DNA from: Candidatus Omnitrophota bacterium
Lineage (GTDB): Bacteria; Omnitrophota; Omnitrophia; Omnitrophales; Aquincolibacteriaceae
DNA length: 64,000 bases
Assembly: GCA_043732705.1 (NCBI GenBank)
Contig: JAYTHE010000029.1
Coordinates: 3,251 to 67,250, forward strand
Reading direction: 5' to 3'
How positions within the stretch are numbered: position 1 is the stretch's first letter; each line of letters opens with the position of its first letter. Positions 8,385 through 17,996 of this stretch are shown one piece after another. The position numbers and the translations under genes are program-made. A model generated the notes under the pieces. It did not search any database, had not been told where the DNA came from, and was given only the letters and a program-made list of their open reading frames with translations.

Positions 8385-9512
8385 ATGAAGAAAATTTTTT
8401 TTACCGCTCTCGAAACTTCGGCGGATCATCATGCCGCGGAACTCATTCACGAACTTAAGCAAAACGATCCCTCTCTGCAAATCGAAGGCATTGGCGGGTC
8501 TGAGATGCAGCGCGCAGGCATGGTTTTGCATAAAGATATGACGCTGACTTCCGCGCTGGGCTTCATGGATGTCATCCGCAAATATCCAATTTTTAAAAAA
8601 ATATTTGAAGAAACTATTTTAAAAATTGAAAATGAAAAACCGGATTTAATTGTTTGTCTTGACTCGCCTGCTTTTAATTTGCGTTTAGCCAAGCGCGTTT
8701 CGAAAACCGCGCCAATTTTTTACTATATTGCGCCGCAGCTTTGGGCCTGGGGGCAAAACCGCGTTAAAGTGGTTCAAAAGCATATTCGCAAAGTGCTTGT
8801 GCTTTTGCCTTTCGAAAAAAATTTCTATCTTAAGCGGAGCGTCGATGCCGAATATGTCGGACATCCGCTGGTTGAAAAATTAAGTTCAGTACCCGATAAA
8901 GAGACCTGTAAAAAGAAACTGGGGCTCGATAAAAGCATGCATATCGGTTTGTTTTCGGGCTCACGCCTTCGAGAGCTGAAACGTATTTTTCCGGTGATGC
9001 TGGAATCAGCAAAGAACATTCAAAAAGTAATTCCCGGAGTTTCCTTCCATGCGAATCGCGCTCCCGGATTACCTGTCCATCTTTATGACGATTTGGCGCG
9101 CGAAGCGGGTGTGACGGTTCATTTCCATGATGCTTCCTTTGAGGAAACGGTCCGTGCGATGGACTTTGCTCTGGTAGCTTCGGGCACGGCGACACTTGAA
9201 ACAGCGCTTTTGGGAACGCCTTTCTTTCTGCTTTATAAGACCGAATGGACAACCTATATCTTGGGAAGATGGCTGGTAAAAGTTAAATATTTGGGCCTGG
9301 CCAATTTGCTGTTAGACCAGCCTGTGATTCCGGAGTTTATTCAAAACGATGCATGCCCGGAAAAGATTGCCGCGCTCGCGATTGACTATCTTAAAAACAC
9401 GGAAAAAATTGACGCAATGAAAACCGCGTTTTCAAAGCTGCATGAAATTTTGGGAAATCAATCTGCCAGCAAATCCGCCGCCCGCGAGATTCTTACCTTC
9501 CTCAAAAACTAA
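8385..9512 (+). CDS. lpxB: Lipid-A-disaccharide synthase
   Basis: A 375-aa ORF with GT19-family N-terminal conservation (FFTALETSADHHAAELI) and appropriate length. Confidence 0.85.
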   Translation: MKKIFFTALETSADHHAAELIHELKQNDPSLQIEGIGGSEMQRAGMVLHKDMTLTSALGFMDVIRKYPIFKKIFEETILKIENEKPDLIVCLDSPAFNLRLAKRVSKTAPIFYYIAPQLWAWGQNRVKVVQKHIRKVLVLLPFEKNFYLKRSVDAEYVGHPLVEKLSSVPDKETCKKKLGLDKSMHIGLFSGSRLRELKRIFPVMLESAKNIQKVIPGVSFHANRAPGLPVHLYDDLAREAGVTVHFHDASFEETVRAMDFALVASGTATLETALLGTPFFLLYKTEWTTYILGRWLVKVKYLGLANLLLDQPVIPEFIQNDACPEKIAALAIDYLKNTEKIDAMKTAFSKLHEILGNQSASKSAAREILTFLKN

Positions 9513-9553
9513 CCCTTACAAAACAACCTATTCCAAAAACGCTCAAAGAGTTT

Positions 9554-9643
9554 TGGATGCAAGGCGCAAACGAACGATCGAGGAGACGTAGTAGAAACCT
9601 ACGTTGACAAAGATTGTGAGTTTGCAACGCCGCAGACGGAGCT
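9554..9643. repeat. Structured intergenic repeat, family R1, copy B
   Basis: Shares the GGATGCAAGGCG ... GGAGACGTAG-n-CTACGT ... GCAACG ... CAGAyGGAGC framework with 42794..42884, and is flanked by short inverted termini AAAGAG/CTCTTT. Confidence 0.6.
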
Positions 9644-9646
9644 CTT

Positions 9647-9996
9647 TCAGCGATTTTTGTTATTGGGAAGGTGGTCCCAAGGAAACTCCGGCTCAACCAC
9701 CGGAGCATATTCTTTCGGGAAAGGAACAGGAAAGGTCACCATATCATAAAGACCGGCTAATGCCCGGCCGCCCATAAAAGCAACGCCGCGAATCGAACCA
9801 CTCATCCAGCTCGGAAGCATTTGGTCGGCGTTTTCTGATTTCTCTTTGGCAAGTTCAGTAGAAATTTCCATTGGACTAAGAGCAATATTTACAAAGCCGC
9901 GCTGTAGTTTACGCAAAGGGCCCGCAGATTCAATCGCAGCCGCAAAAGCATTCTGCGAAACCAGAATCAGAAGCGCGAGAAGTAAGAGTTTTTTCA
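9647..9996 (-). CDS. Small secreted hypothetical protein (about 116 aa, start probably GTG at 9996)
   Basis: Signal-peptide-like VKKLLLLALLILVSQNAFAA. The first 13 codons of the tracked ORF (MHISFFLSRASHG) are translation of the MITE-like element R2 and are excluded. Confidence 0.4.
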
Positions 9997-10086
9997 CCCC
10001 GTGAGAAGCTCTCGAAAGAAAAAAAGATATATGCATTATTATTTAAGTCCTAATTTCTGATTAAGATTCATCAAACAGGTTAAGCT
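9997..10086. repeat. MITE-like element, family R2, divergent copy (terminal inverted repeats CCCGTGAGAAGCT / AGCTTCTAACGGG)
   Basis: Termini and the A-rich internal region (AAAGAAAAAAAG) match copies at 17296..17397 and 47215..47323. It begins immediately after the GTG start of the 9647..9996 gene. Confidence 0.55.
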
Positions 10087-10142
10087 TCTAACGGGGTTCA
10101 TGACAGATAATCTAACAAACCCCGCTCCAACACTCAAGAAGC

Positions 10143-10179
10143 AAAAAAAAGACCGTGGAATTTCTTCCACGGTCTTTTT
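10143..10179. terminator. Bidirectional rho-independent terminator (AAAAAAAA-GACCGTGGAA-tttc-TTCCACGGTC-TTTTT), 3' of glnN
   Basis: A perfect 10-bp stem, 4-nt loop and flanking A- and T-tracts, 30 nt downstream of the glnN stop. Confidence 0.75.
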
Positions 10180-10211
10180 CGCCGGTTGCGCTTTAGCGCA
10201 GAGGCAAGATA

Positions 10212-12326
10212 TTACAGCTTAAAGAGCATGTCAGCATAAGTCGGTACCGGCCACGCTCCAGCGCAAACCAATACTTCTACCGCATCAATATCAGGACGGG
10301 TTGCATCCATCGCAACCTTGACCTTATCGCGATAAGCGCGTGCCTTTTCGGGCGCATGCTCAATCTTGGAGCACTTCTCAAGTGTCGCTTCAAGCTTGTC
10401 AAGCTTGTCTTTAGCGGACTCAAGATGGCCCGTAATCGTGATCAAAAGATCTTTTTGAACCGCGGAAGAAGCACCCGTTCCCTTAAGCGAGTTGATCGTA
10501 TCAGCGAGTTTGCCGGTGTAGCAAATGATCGTCGGGATATAAAGAGTCTTCAACATGCGCACTGCGCATTTCGCTTCGATGCCAATTTGCTTGACATAGC
10601 TTTCCATGTAAATTTCATGACGCGAATGAAGTTCACTCTTGGAAAGCACTTTGTACTTTTCAAAAAGCTTAACGCATTCAGGCGTATTCATCGCATCCAA
10701 AGCTTCTACGGTTGAGCTAATATTCGGAAGGCCACGCTTCTTCGCTTCCTTGACCCATTCCTGGGAATATCCGTTTCCGTTAAAAATAACGCGGCCATGA
10801 CTCTTCATAATTTCGCGTACGATTTTTTCAGCTTCTTTATTGAGGTCGCCCTTACCCACTTTTTCAAGACGAGTTGCAACTTCATCAAAAGCTTCAGCAG
10901 TGATCGTGTTAAGAATACAGTTCGGTCCTGCAACTGACGCCGAAGAAGGCACCATGCGGAATTCAAACTTGTTGCCAGTGAAAGCAAACGGTGAAGTGCG
11001 GTTACGGTCGGTATTATGCAAAGGCAGCGGCGGAAGTGAATCCACACCCATGTGCAAATAACCCTGTGCTTTTGCCAACGCTTTTTTACCCTGCGCAATC
11101 GCAGTCAAAATGTCGGTCAAGCCTGTGCCCATAAAAACCGAAATAATCGCCGGAGGAGCTTCATTCGCGCCCAAACGTAAATCATTTCCGGTATTGGAAG
11201 CCGAAGCACGCAATTTATCGGCGTGACGGTCAACCGCGCGAATAATCGCAGCCAAAATAACCAAAAACTGCAAATTGTCATGCGGAGTTTTGCCCGGCTC
11301 AAGAAGGTTTTCGCCTTCGTTTGTCGCGAGCGACCAGTTGTTATGTTTACCGGAACCATTTACGCCCGCAAAGGGTTTTTCATGCAGTAAACAAACCAAA
11401 CCGTTGCGCAAAGCAATTTTTTGCATCGATTCCATAACGAGCTGATTATGATCAACCGCAATGTTCGTAGTTGTAAAAACAACCGCAAGTTCGAACTGCG
11501 CAGGCGCAACTTCGTTATGCTTGGTCTTCGCGCTAACGCCCATTTTCCAAAGTTCGATATCGAGTTCTTTCATAAACTTAGCGATACGGTCTTTGATTGA
11601 ACCAAAATACTGGTCTTCAAGCTCTTGGCCTTTCGGAGAAGCCGCACCAAAAAGCGTACGGCCGGACAAAGCCAAATCCATGCGCTGATCATAAAACTTT
11701 TTGTCGATCAAAAAGTATTCCTGCTCAGGACCTACGGTCGCGGTAACGCGTGTTGCGGTTTTATTGCCAAGCACACGCAAAAGACGAACGGCTTGTTTGG
11801 AAACCGCTTCCATGGAACGAAGCAAAGGGGTTTTCTTATCCAGCGATTCGCCGGTGTAAGACATAAACGCAGTCGGAATGCAAAGCGTCAAATCGCCGGC
11901 TGCGTCTTCTTTTAAGAAAGCCGGTGAAGTGCAATCCCAAGCCGTATAGCCGCGCGCTTCAAAAGTTGCGCGCAATCCACCGCTCGGAAAGGAAGATGCG
12001 TCAGGCTCGCCCTGAATCAACATACTGCCTGTCAACTCAAGCGTAATGCCGCCTTTCATATCGGGATCGATAAAAGAATCATGCTTTTCGGCGGTAATAC
12101 CAGTCAAAGGCTGAAACCAATGTGTAAAGTGCGAAGCTCCTTTTTCAAGCGCCCAATCTTTCATGGCATTCGCAACAACACTGGCAACTTCGGGAGTCAG
12201 CGGAGTTCCTTTTTCAATCGTCTTGCTCAAAGATTTATAAATATCCTTCGGCAGACGCTCGCGCATCACTTTATCATTGAATACATTGCTCCCGAATACT
12301 CCGGGAAGTTTATTCTCACAGCTCAT
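10212..12326 (-). CDS. glnN: Glutamine synthetase type III
   Basis: A 704-aa ORF (GSIII length class) with catalytic glutamine-synthetase motifs. It has a sigma-54 promoter upstream and an adjacent sigma-54 activator. Confidence 0.9.
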   Translation of the reverse strand: MSCENKLPGVFGSNVFNDKVMRERLPKDIYKSLSKTIEKGTPLTPEVASVVANAMKDWALEKGASHFTHWFQPLTGITAEKHDSFIDPDMKGGITLELTGSMLIQGEPDASSFPSGGLRATFEARGYTAWDCTSPAFLKEDAAGDLTLCIPTAFMSYTGESLDKKTPLLRSMEAVSKQAVRLLRVLGNKTATRVTATVGPEQEYFLIDKKFYDQRMDLALSGRTLFGAASPKGQELEDQYFGSIKDRIAKFMKELDIELWKMGVSAKTKHNEVAPAQFELAVVFTTTNIAVDHNQLVMESMQKIALRNGLVCLLHEKPFAGVNGSGKHNNWSLATNEGENLLEPGKTPHDNLQFLVILAAIIRAVDRHADKLRASASNTGNDLRLGANEAPPAIISVFMGTGLTDILTAIAQGKKALAKAQGYLHMGVDSLPPLPLHNTDRNRTSPFAFTGNKFEFRMVPSSASVAGPNCILNTITAEAFDEVATRLEKVGKGDLNKEAEKIVREIMKSHGRVIFNGNGYSQEWVKEAKKRGLPNISSTVEALDAMNTPECVKLFEKYKVLSKSELHSRHEIYMESYVKQIGIEAKCAVRMLKTLYIPTIICYTGKLADTINSLKGTGASSAVQKDLLITITGHLESAKDKLDKLEATLEKCSKIEHAPEKARAYRDKVKVAMDATRPDIDAVEVLVCAGAWPVPTYADMLFKL

Positions 12327-12478
12327 GGCACTCTCCTGAAATTGACGTTGATTTTAAAATTCTAAATGTAAGTGCTTCGGAAGGCAGAAAGCCTACTACG
12401 AAGATTTGCGGGAATCAACTTTTTTGAAAAGGTGTTCCTACCCCTGCATCCCCATCCAAACCTAACGAACTGATTAAA

Positions 12479-12493
12479 GCAATCCTTGTGCCA
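12479..12493 (-). promoter_or_regulatory. Sigma-54 (-24/-12) promoter TGGCAC-aagga-TTGC driving glnN
   Basis: The plus strand reads gcaatccttgtgcca; the reverse complement is TGGCACAAGGATTGC with exact GG/GC spacing. It sits about 150 nt upstream of the glnN ATG. Confidence 0.7.
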
Positions 12494-12591
12494 AACATTC
12501 AAAAATCAGCCTCTCTGCATTTTTGAAGTTAAAGCCTATTTTTGTCGAATTATACAAATATGTAGTATTTTGGGCCACATGTTTGTAATCT

Positions 12592-14202
12592 TTATTCGAT
12601 AACCGCTTTGGCAGGAATTTGATAATTCTTGATCTTGTAACCCAGAATTCGTTCCGTCAAACCCAGCATCTTCGCGGCACGGCGTTGATTCCCGCCCGTC
12701 TTCCTTAAGGCTTCGCGAATCATTTTCTCTTCCAAAACTTGCACTGCGGCCGGCAAATCACCGGTCGGAGTCGCACCGCCACCTGAAGAAAAAATGGGTT
12801 CATTTTCAATCGGTTGAAACTGCGTCAAAACAGGACTATCTTTATGCCCCGGAATGGGAAAAAGAGACGGCTCAATGGTGTCGCCTTTGCAAAGCACAAC
12901 CGCACGCTCAACCGCGTTTTGTAATTCGCGAATATTGCCAGGCCAAGCATACGCCATTAAATATTTCATCGCAGAATCTGAAACATATTTCACTTTCTTG
13001 CCATTCTCTTTATTCGCGATACCAAGAAAGTGATTTACAAGCAGCGGAATATCTTCGCGTCTTTCGCGCAGAGCGGGCAGAAAAATAGGCACCACATTCA
13101 AACGATAATATAAATCTTCGCGAAATTTTCCTTCGCGCACGAGCTTCTCTAAATCGCGGTTGGTCGCGGTAATCAAACGAATATCGACTTTGATTGTTTT
13201 CGTTCCGCCAACCCGTTCAAATTCTTTTTCCTGCAAAACTCGAAGCAATTTAATTTGCGTGGAAAGCGCGATATCACCGATTTCATCGAGAAACAAGGTG
13301 CCTTTATGCGCAATTTCAAAGCGACCCTGTTTGGAAGCCATCGCGCCCGTAAAAGAGCCCTTCTCATGCCCGAAAAGCTCAGCCTCTAAGAGTGTGTCGG
13401 GTAATGCTGCGCAAGAAACCTTCACGAAGGGGCCGTCACGGCGATCGCTCGCATAATGAATTGCATGCGAAACAAGCTCTTTGCCGGTGCCGGTTTCACC
13501 GCGAATCAACACGGTCGCTTTGGATTGACTCACCATTTCAATCGAGGACAAAACATCGTGGATACGCTTACTTTCACCGATGATATTGTCGGGACGAAAC
13601 TTCTTCGCAAGCTCACGTTTTAAACGTAAATTTTCATCCTGCAATTCCATTTTTTCTTTCTCACGGCGCAGATAAATTTGCACCGTTTGCGCGATCATGG
13701 AACTGATAATGGAAAGCAAGCGCACATCTTCTTGGAAAGAAACATCTTCATGGAAAAGCCGGTCGACACTCAAAGCACCGATTGTGTCTTGATCGAGCTT
13801 AATCGGCACGCAAAGAAACGCGATCTTGCTGCGGTCCAGATGTTCGCGCGCGCGCGTTTTATTCAGAAAAAGCGGTTCTTTATCAATATTGGGAACGACA
13901 ATCGGCTCTCCGGCCTGAACGACTTTTCCGGTAATACCTTCGCCGACTTTATAGCTTCCGCGGCGCTTCGCCTGCTCGTCCATTCCATGCGCAACTTCAA
14001 CCGTCAACGTGGATTTGTCGGAACTCAAAAGCGCGAGGGTCCCGCGCGCCATCCCCATTTTATCATGCAAAGTATCTAAAACTTTGTGGAGGCGCTTATC
14101 CATCGAGTCTGACGAGTTCAGACAGCGTGAAATCTCATAGAGGGCCTGAACCTCCATGATCTCGCGTCTCAACCCTTGAATCGTATCGTATTTTTGCGTC
14201 AT
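12592..14202 (-). CDS. Sigma-54-dependent transcriptional activator with N-terminal GAF domain (NifA/NtrC-like enhancer-binding protein)
   Basis: GAF domain, then an AAA+ sigma-54 interaction domain (GETGTGKE, GSFTGA, RFEIAHKGTLFLDEI), then a C-terminal Fis-type HTH (RRAAKMLGLTERILGYKIKN). Confidence 0.85.
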   Translation of the reverse strand: MTQKYDTIQGLRREIMEVQALYEISRCLNSSDSMDKRLHKVLDTLHDKMGMARGTLALLSSDKSTLTVEVAHGMDEQAKRRGSYKVGEGITGKVVQAGEPIVVPNIDKEPLFLNKTRAREHLDRSKIAFLCVPIKLDQDTIGALSVDRLFHEDVSFQEDVRLLSIISSMIAQTVQIYLRREKEKMELQDENLRLKRELAKKFRPDNIIGESKRIHDVLSSIEMVSQSKATVLIRGETGTGKELVSHAIHYASDRRDGPFVKVSCAALPDTLLEAELFGHEKGSFTGAMASKQGRFEIAHKGTLFLDEIGDIALSTQIKLLRVLQEKEFERVGGTKTIKVDIRLITATNRDLEKLVREGKFREDLYYRLNVVPIFLPALRERREDIPLLVNHFLGIANKENGKKVKYVSDSAMKYLMAYAWPGNIRELQNAVERAVVLCKGDTIEPSLFPIPGHKDSPVLTQFQPIENEPIFSSGGGATPTGDLPAAVQVLEEKMIREALRKTGGNQRRAAKMLGLTERILGYKIKNYQIPAKAVIE

Positions 14203-15020
14203 AAAACCTGATTGGGATCCACCCCGTAAAGAGCAATTCCGGCCTTGTTGGCACGTTCAAGAAAAAGCTCTAAATCCAAAAAGAGGGTTTTCCCGGACTC
14301 AAAAGCAAAAACCTTGGCTTTTGACGCGACTAAGGATTCCAATGTGGTCAATCCCACCGCAGGCACGTCAAAACGCATATCCTGCTTGGGTTTAGCGACC
14401 TTCACAACGACAATATCCCCGCCGGCCAACTGTCCGCCCCGTAAAATTGCCTGATCCGTCCCCTCAACCGACTCCACCGCAACCACGGTCTTATTTTTGA
14501 CAACCACCGTCTGCCCGATGTCCTCAGCTGCTACATGCTTAGCAATTTTGAAGCCAAAGTTCACATTTTCAAAATCTTCCTTCGAACATTTCCGCTTTCC
14601 CAAGGGACCCGCGCCCGGTAAAAAGTCATCCATCAGCCAGGTGGAATCCATTAAATCAATGCCCTGATGATGCAAATAGTCGGCAATGCCGCCCAAAAGA
14701 GAATCATCCTTATGGTCTTTCAATTTAATGAGCATTCCAAGCATGTCGAGATCAGGCCGGACATTTTCCTGGAGCAAACGCACCTTTTCCACTTTTCCCG
14801 CCATAACCACTTCATGCACACCTGCCGCGCGGAAAATTTTAACTAATTTTTTGAGTTCGCCGATTTTCACCCATTCAAATTGGTCTGAAACCTGCGCAAG
14901 CAGCGGATCGGCTTCTTTTTCAATTCCACAAACTACAACACGATAACCACGAGCACGCGCTTGCTGCGCAAAAAGAATTGGAAAACGGCCATTGCCGGCG
15001 ATAAGTCCTACTGTTTTCAT
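14199..15020 (-). CDS. lpxI: UDP-2,3-diacylglucosamine pyrophosphatase LpxI (DUF1009 family)
   Basis: N-terminus MKTVGLIAGNGRFP and a length of about 270 aa fit LpxI. It lies directly downstream of lpxA. Confidence 0.7.
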   Translation of the reverse strand: MKTVGLIAGNGRFPILFAQQARARGYRVVVCGIEKEADPLLAQVSDQFEWVKIGELKKLVKIFRAAGVHEVVMAGKVEKVRLLQENVRPDLDMLGMLIKLKDHKDDSLLGGIADYLHHQGIDLMDSTWLMDDFLPGAGPLGKRKCSKEDFENVNFGFKIAKHVAAEDIGQTVVVKNKTVVAVESVEGTDQAILRGGQLAGGDIVVVKVAKPKQDMRFDVPAVGLTTLESLVASKAKVFAFESGKTLFLDLELFLERANKAGIALYGVDPNQVL

Positions 15021-15069
15021 AAATTTTTACGCCTTACCAATTGGATAAAAAGACCGCTCAAAAAGCTTC

Positions 15070-15159
15070 AGATGCGAGGCATTAACAAGCGACCGCGGAG
15101 GCGTATGCGGCAATACGCCGCACAAGGAAGCGATGTTAATAACGAAGCAGATGATCTTT
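15070..15159. repeat. Structured intergenic repeat, family R1, copy C
   Basis: About 75% identical to copy A (5351..5440). It lies between the lpxI start and the lpxA stop. Confidence 0.7.
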
Positions 15160-15169
15160 TTCAGCGGTC

Positions 15170-15976
15170 TCACCGACAAATACCGCGCTCGCATTGCTTG
15201 AGGAAAGTAATCAAGGTCTGTATGGAATCTGAAGTGAAAATTTTTTCAAGCTGTTGGATGGAACTTTTAAGCGCAACTTTCGAGCGAAAAATAATCTTAA
15301 AGGCTTTTTTAATCGCAGACTTTTCATCCGGTGAAAAATTTGCGCGTTCCAAACCAACCGAATTAATTCCGAAAGCACGGGCGGGATGACCATCAACCAT
15401 CATGAAGGGAGGAACATCCTGAACGACTTTTGAGCATCCGCCAATAATTGAAAGCGAACCGATACGAACAAATTGATGCACGCCGGTTAACCCGCCGATA
15501 ATCGCGCGGTCTTCAACGATAACATGCCCAGCTAAAGTGGCGGCATTGGCCAAAACAGTGTTGTTATGAACAATGCAGTCATGCGCAATATGCACATACG
15601 CCATGAGTAAATTATTATTGCCAATCACTGTCTCGGTACCGTCTTTGGTTCCGGGATTGACTGTAACGTATTCGCGAATCTTATTGCCATTTCCGATGCG
15701 CACATAAGAAACGCCGCCGTCAAATTTTTTATCCTGGGTCGGGCTTCCGATCACCGCGCCGGTAAAAATTTCATTGTCGCTGCCAATCGTCGTATGCCCC
15801 TCAATGGTAACGCGCGGCCCAATTTTGGTCCGATCCCCGATTTTTACAGTTCCTTCGATAATCGCGAACGGCCCAACCTCAACGCCTTCACCGAGTTCAG
15901 CATCAGGATGGACAATAGCTGTCGCATGAATAAGTGTTTTTGTTGTTTTCATTTCAATTCTTGTTGTTGCTTTCAT
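15170..15976 (-). CDS. lpxA: Acyl-ACP--UDP-N-acetylglucosamine O-acyltransferase
   Basis: Left-handed beta-helix hexapeptide repeats (IHATAIVHPDAELGEGVEVGPFAII...) and the LpxA C-terminal helical domain. An alternative start at MKTTKTL (15952) is possible. Confidence 0.85.
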   Translation of the reverse strand: MKATTRIEMKTTKTLIHATAIVHPDAELGEGVEVGPFAIIEGTVKIGDRTKIGPRVTIEGHTTIGSDNEIFTGAVIGSPTQDKKFDGGVSYVRIGNGNKIREYVTVNPGTKDGTETVIGNNNLLMAYVHIAHDCIVHNNTVLANAATLAGHVIVEDRAIIGGLTGVHQFVRIGSLSIIGGCSKVVQDVPPFMMVDGHPARAFGINSVGLERANFSPDEKSAIKKAFKIIFRSKVALKSSIQQLEKIFTSDSIQTLITFLKQCERGICR

Positions 15977-15977
15977 G

Positions 15978-15998
15978 CCGGTTGAGCTTGCTCAGAGG
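15978..15998. repeat. REP-like element R3 (CCGGTTGAGC-tt-GCTCAGAGG), immediately 5' of the lpxA start
   Basis: Family consensus. Confidence 0.6.
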
Positions 15999-16014
15999 TA
16001 AAACATGACCGGCG

Positions 16015-17295
16015 TCACGGTTCGACGACTGCGAACTTCACTTCCGCTTCGCATACTAATTTGTCTCCGACATACGCTTTGCCTTCACACTGTCCGGCGC
16101 GGGCGCGCTTTTTAATGACATCCACTTCCATACGCAAAACATCGCCCGGTACAACCGGAGCGCGAAACTTTACTTTGTCCAAGCTCATAAAATAAGCAAT
16201 TTTCCCGCGATTTTCAGGTTCCGCGAGCATAATCACGCCCCCCACCTGCGCCATGGCTTCAACAATCAAAACCCCGGGCATGACGGGATGACCCGGGAAA
16301 TGGCCTTCAAAAAAATAATCATTTACGGTGACCTGTTTAATACCCGTCGCGCGCTTACCCTGCTCAAAATTTTCGATACGGTCCACAAAAAGAAAGGGGT
16401 AGCGATGCGGAATAATTTTTTTGATTTCTTCCACCGTCAGGGTTTTGGGTAAAACAGCCGGCAAACTATTTTCTATCATGCTCAATTTCCTCACGAGTTC
16501 AGTGTTAAGTGCGTGTCCGCTGCGTGTCGCAATCACATGCCCTTTGATAAATTTTCCGAGCAAGAAAAGATCTCCGAGCAAATCCATGATTTTATGCCGA
16601 CAAGCTTCATCCGAAAAGCGCAGTTCATTATCAATCGGCTGGTTGTTTTCAAAGACGAGCGTATTGCTGACATTCGCGCCCTTTCCAAAACCTTGTGAAA
16701 GCAAATATTCCGCTTCTTTTTTAAGACAAAAAGTTCTTGCCGGAGCAAGATCGCGTTCAAATGTTTCCGGCAAAATGGGCAGCATCAAAAACTGGTCTTT
16801 CAAATTCGGGTCAGAATAGGCCAATGTATAAGAAATGATAAATTGCGGGGAAGGCAAAACAATAATGGAATGTTCACCGCGATCCACAAAAACCGGCTGC
16901 TTCACTTCAAGATAAACACGGTTTGCAATTTGCTCAACCAACCCGGCCTGCGAAAGTGAGCGCGTAAACTCAAGCGCGCTGCCGTCCATCCCGGGCAATT
17001 CATCCCCGTTGACTTCGACAACGGCATTATCAATTCCCAGGCCATGAAAAGAGGCCATCAAATGTTCGATTGTTTTGATCACACCCGTTCCGACCGCTAG
17101 TGCCGTTTGACGCAATTCATCGGTGCGGACATTTTGGATCAATGCGCGGACTTTTAATTGCGGGTCAAGATCAACGCGGCAAAATCGAATACCCGTGTTT
17201 TCCTCCGCCGGCAAAACACGGACTTTTACGGATTGGCCCGTGTGCAATCCGGTGCTTTCAAACTCAACCGGTGTCCTAAGCGTTCTTTGCTTCAT
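16015..17295 (-). CDS. lpxC/fabZ: Bifunctional UDP-3-O-acyl-N-acetylglucosamine deacetylase / (3R)-hydroxyacyl-ACP dehydratase (LpxC-FabZ fusion)
   Basis: N-terminal LpxC fold (TLRTPVEFESTGLHTG...) is fused to a C-terminal FabZ hotdog (HFPGHPVMPGVLIVEAMAQ). Such fusions are known in several gram-negative phyla. Confidence 0.9.
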   Translation of the reverse strand: MKQRTLRTPVEFESTGLHTGQSVKVRVLPAEENTGIRFCRVDLDPQLKVRALIQNVRTDELRQTALAVGTGVIKTIEHLMASFHGLGIDNAVVEVNGDELPGMDGSALEFTRSLSQAGLVEQIANRVYLEVKQPVFVDRGEHSIIVLPSPQFIISYTLAYSDPNLKDQFLMLPILPETFERDLAPARTFCLKKEAEYLLSQGFGKGANVSNTLVFENNQPIDNELRFSDEACRHKIMDLLGDLFLLGKFIKGHVIATRSGHALNTELVRKLSMIENSLPAVLPKTLTVEEIKKIIPHRYPFLFVDRIENFEQGKRATGIKQVTVNDYFFEGHFPGHPVMPGVLIVEAMAQVGGVIMLAEPENRGKIAYFMSLDKVKFRAPVVPGDVLRMEVDVIKKRARAGQCEGKAYVGDKLVCEAEVKFAVVEP

Positions 17296-17397
17296 CCCGT
17301 TAGAAGCTCCTCAAATAAAAAGGGTTATCAAAATAAAACTCATCACTCAAAACACCGTTTAGCCCGAAAAACAAACGTCGGTTAAGCTTCTAACGGG
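17296..17397. repeat. MITE-like element, family R2 (102 bp; 13-bp perfect terminal inverted repeats CCCGTTAGAAGCT / AGCTTCTAACGGG)
   Basis: Perfect terminal inverted repeats read directly. The element begins at the nucleotide after the lpxC/fabZ ATG, and its internal region is about 70% identical to 47215..47323. Confidence 0.7.
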
Positions 17398-17415
17398 ATG
17401 AATCCTGTATAAAAA

Positions 17416-17916
17416 CTAGGCTTTTTTATATTTCTTCATCAGCTCTGCAAGAACAGCCTTGGTAATATTCAAAGAAGGATTGCGATAAAGCAAAACACGG
17501 TCATTTAAAATAAAGTCGTACCCTTTCGCTTTACCGAATTCCGCGATTGTCGCGTCAATATCTTGAAAGATTTCACGTACCACTTTTTCACGGCTCTCGC
17601 CGAGCTGGCGGCGAACTTCGCGGTCGAAATCTTCGAGCTGACGTTTCTTTTCGATCAATTGCTCTTGCTTTTGCTGCCGTGCATCTTTTGCTAAAAGGCT
17701 CATTTCATCTTCAAGCTGGCGTGCGGCTTTAACCAATGAGGCGCGTTCTTTTTCTTTTTGCTCACCTACGTTTTTAAGCGACAAGTCCTGATCTTTTGTT
17801 TTTTGATAATTATCAAAAACTTCAGCAACATCCACATATGCGATTCCGGCGGCAAAAACATTACCCGAAAGAAGCATGGTTGCGATTAAAAAAAGTAACC
17901 CCGTGTATTTTTTCAT
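17416..17916 (-). CDS. skp: Periplasmic chaperone Skp/OmpH
   Basis: Signal peptide followed by a coiled-coil-rich 166-aa protein, between bamA and lpxC as in canonical clusters. Confidence 0.8.
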   Translation of the reverse strand: MKKYTGLLFLIATMLLSGNVFAAGIAYVDVAEVFDNYQKTKDQDLSLKNVGEQKEKERASLVKAARQLEDEMSLLAKDARQQKQEQLIEKKRQLEDFDREVRRQLGESREKVVREIFQDIDATIAEFGKAKGYDFILNDRVLLYRNPSLNITKAVLAELMKKYKKA

Positions 17917-17963
17917 TTTAAAGTTCTCCTTGTTAAATGCTCATTTATTTTTGATGCGATTTG

Positions 17964-17987
17964 CCGGTTGAGCCGAAGGCTCAGAGG
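17964..17987. repeat. REP-like element R3 (CCGGTTGAGC-cgaa-GGCTCAGAGG), between bamA and skp
   Basis: Family consensus; 24/25 identical to the in-frame copy in bamA. Confidence 0.7.
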
Positions 17988-17996
17988 CTCAAACGA

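Noticed and set aside
10091-10213. 40-codon plus-strand ORF starting at the ATG that abuts the right end of the R2 copy
   Set aside because: It runs through the glnN terminator hairpin, has low-complexity translation and no RBS. The ATG adjacency is probably a property of the element terminus (TAACGGG|AT).
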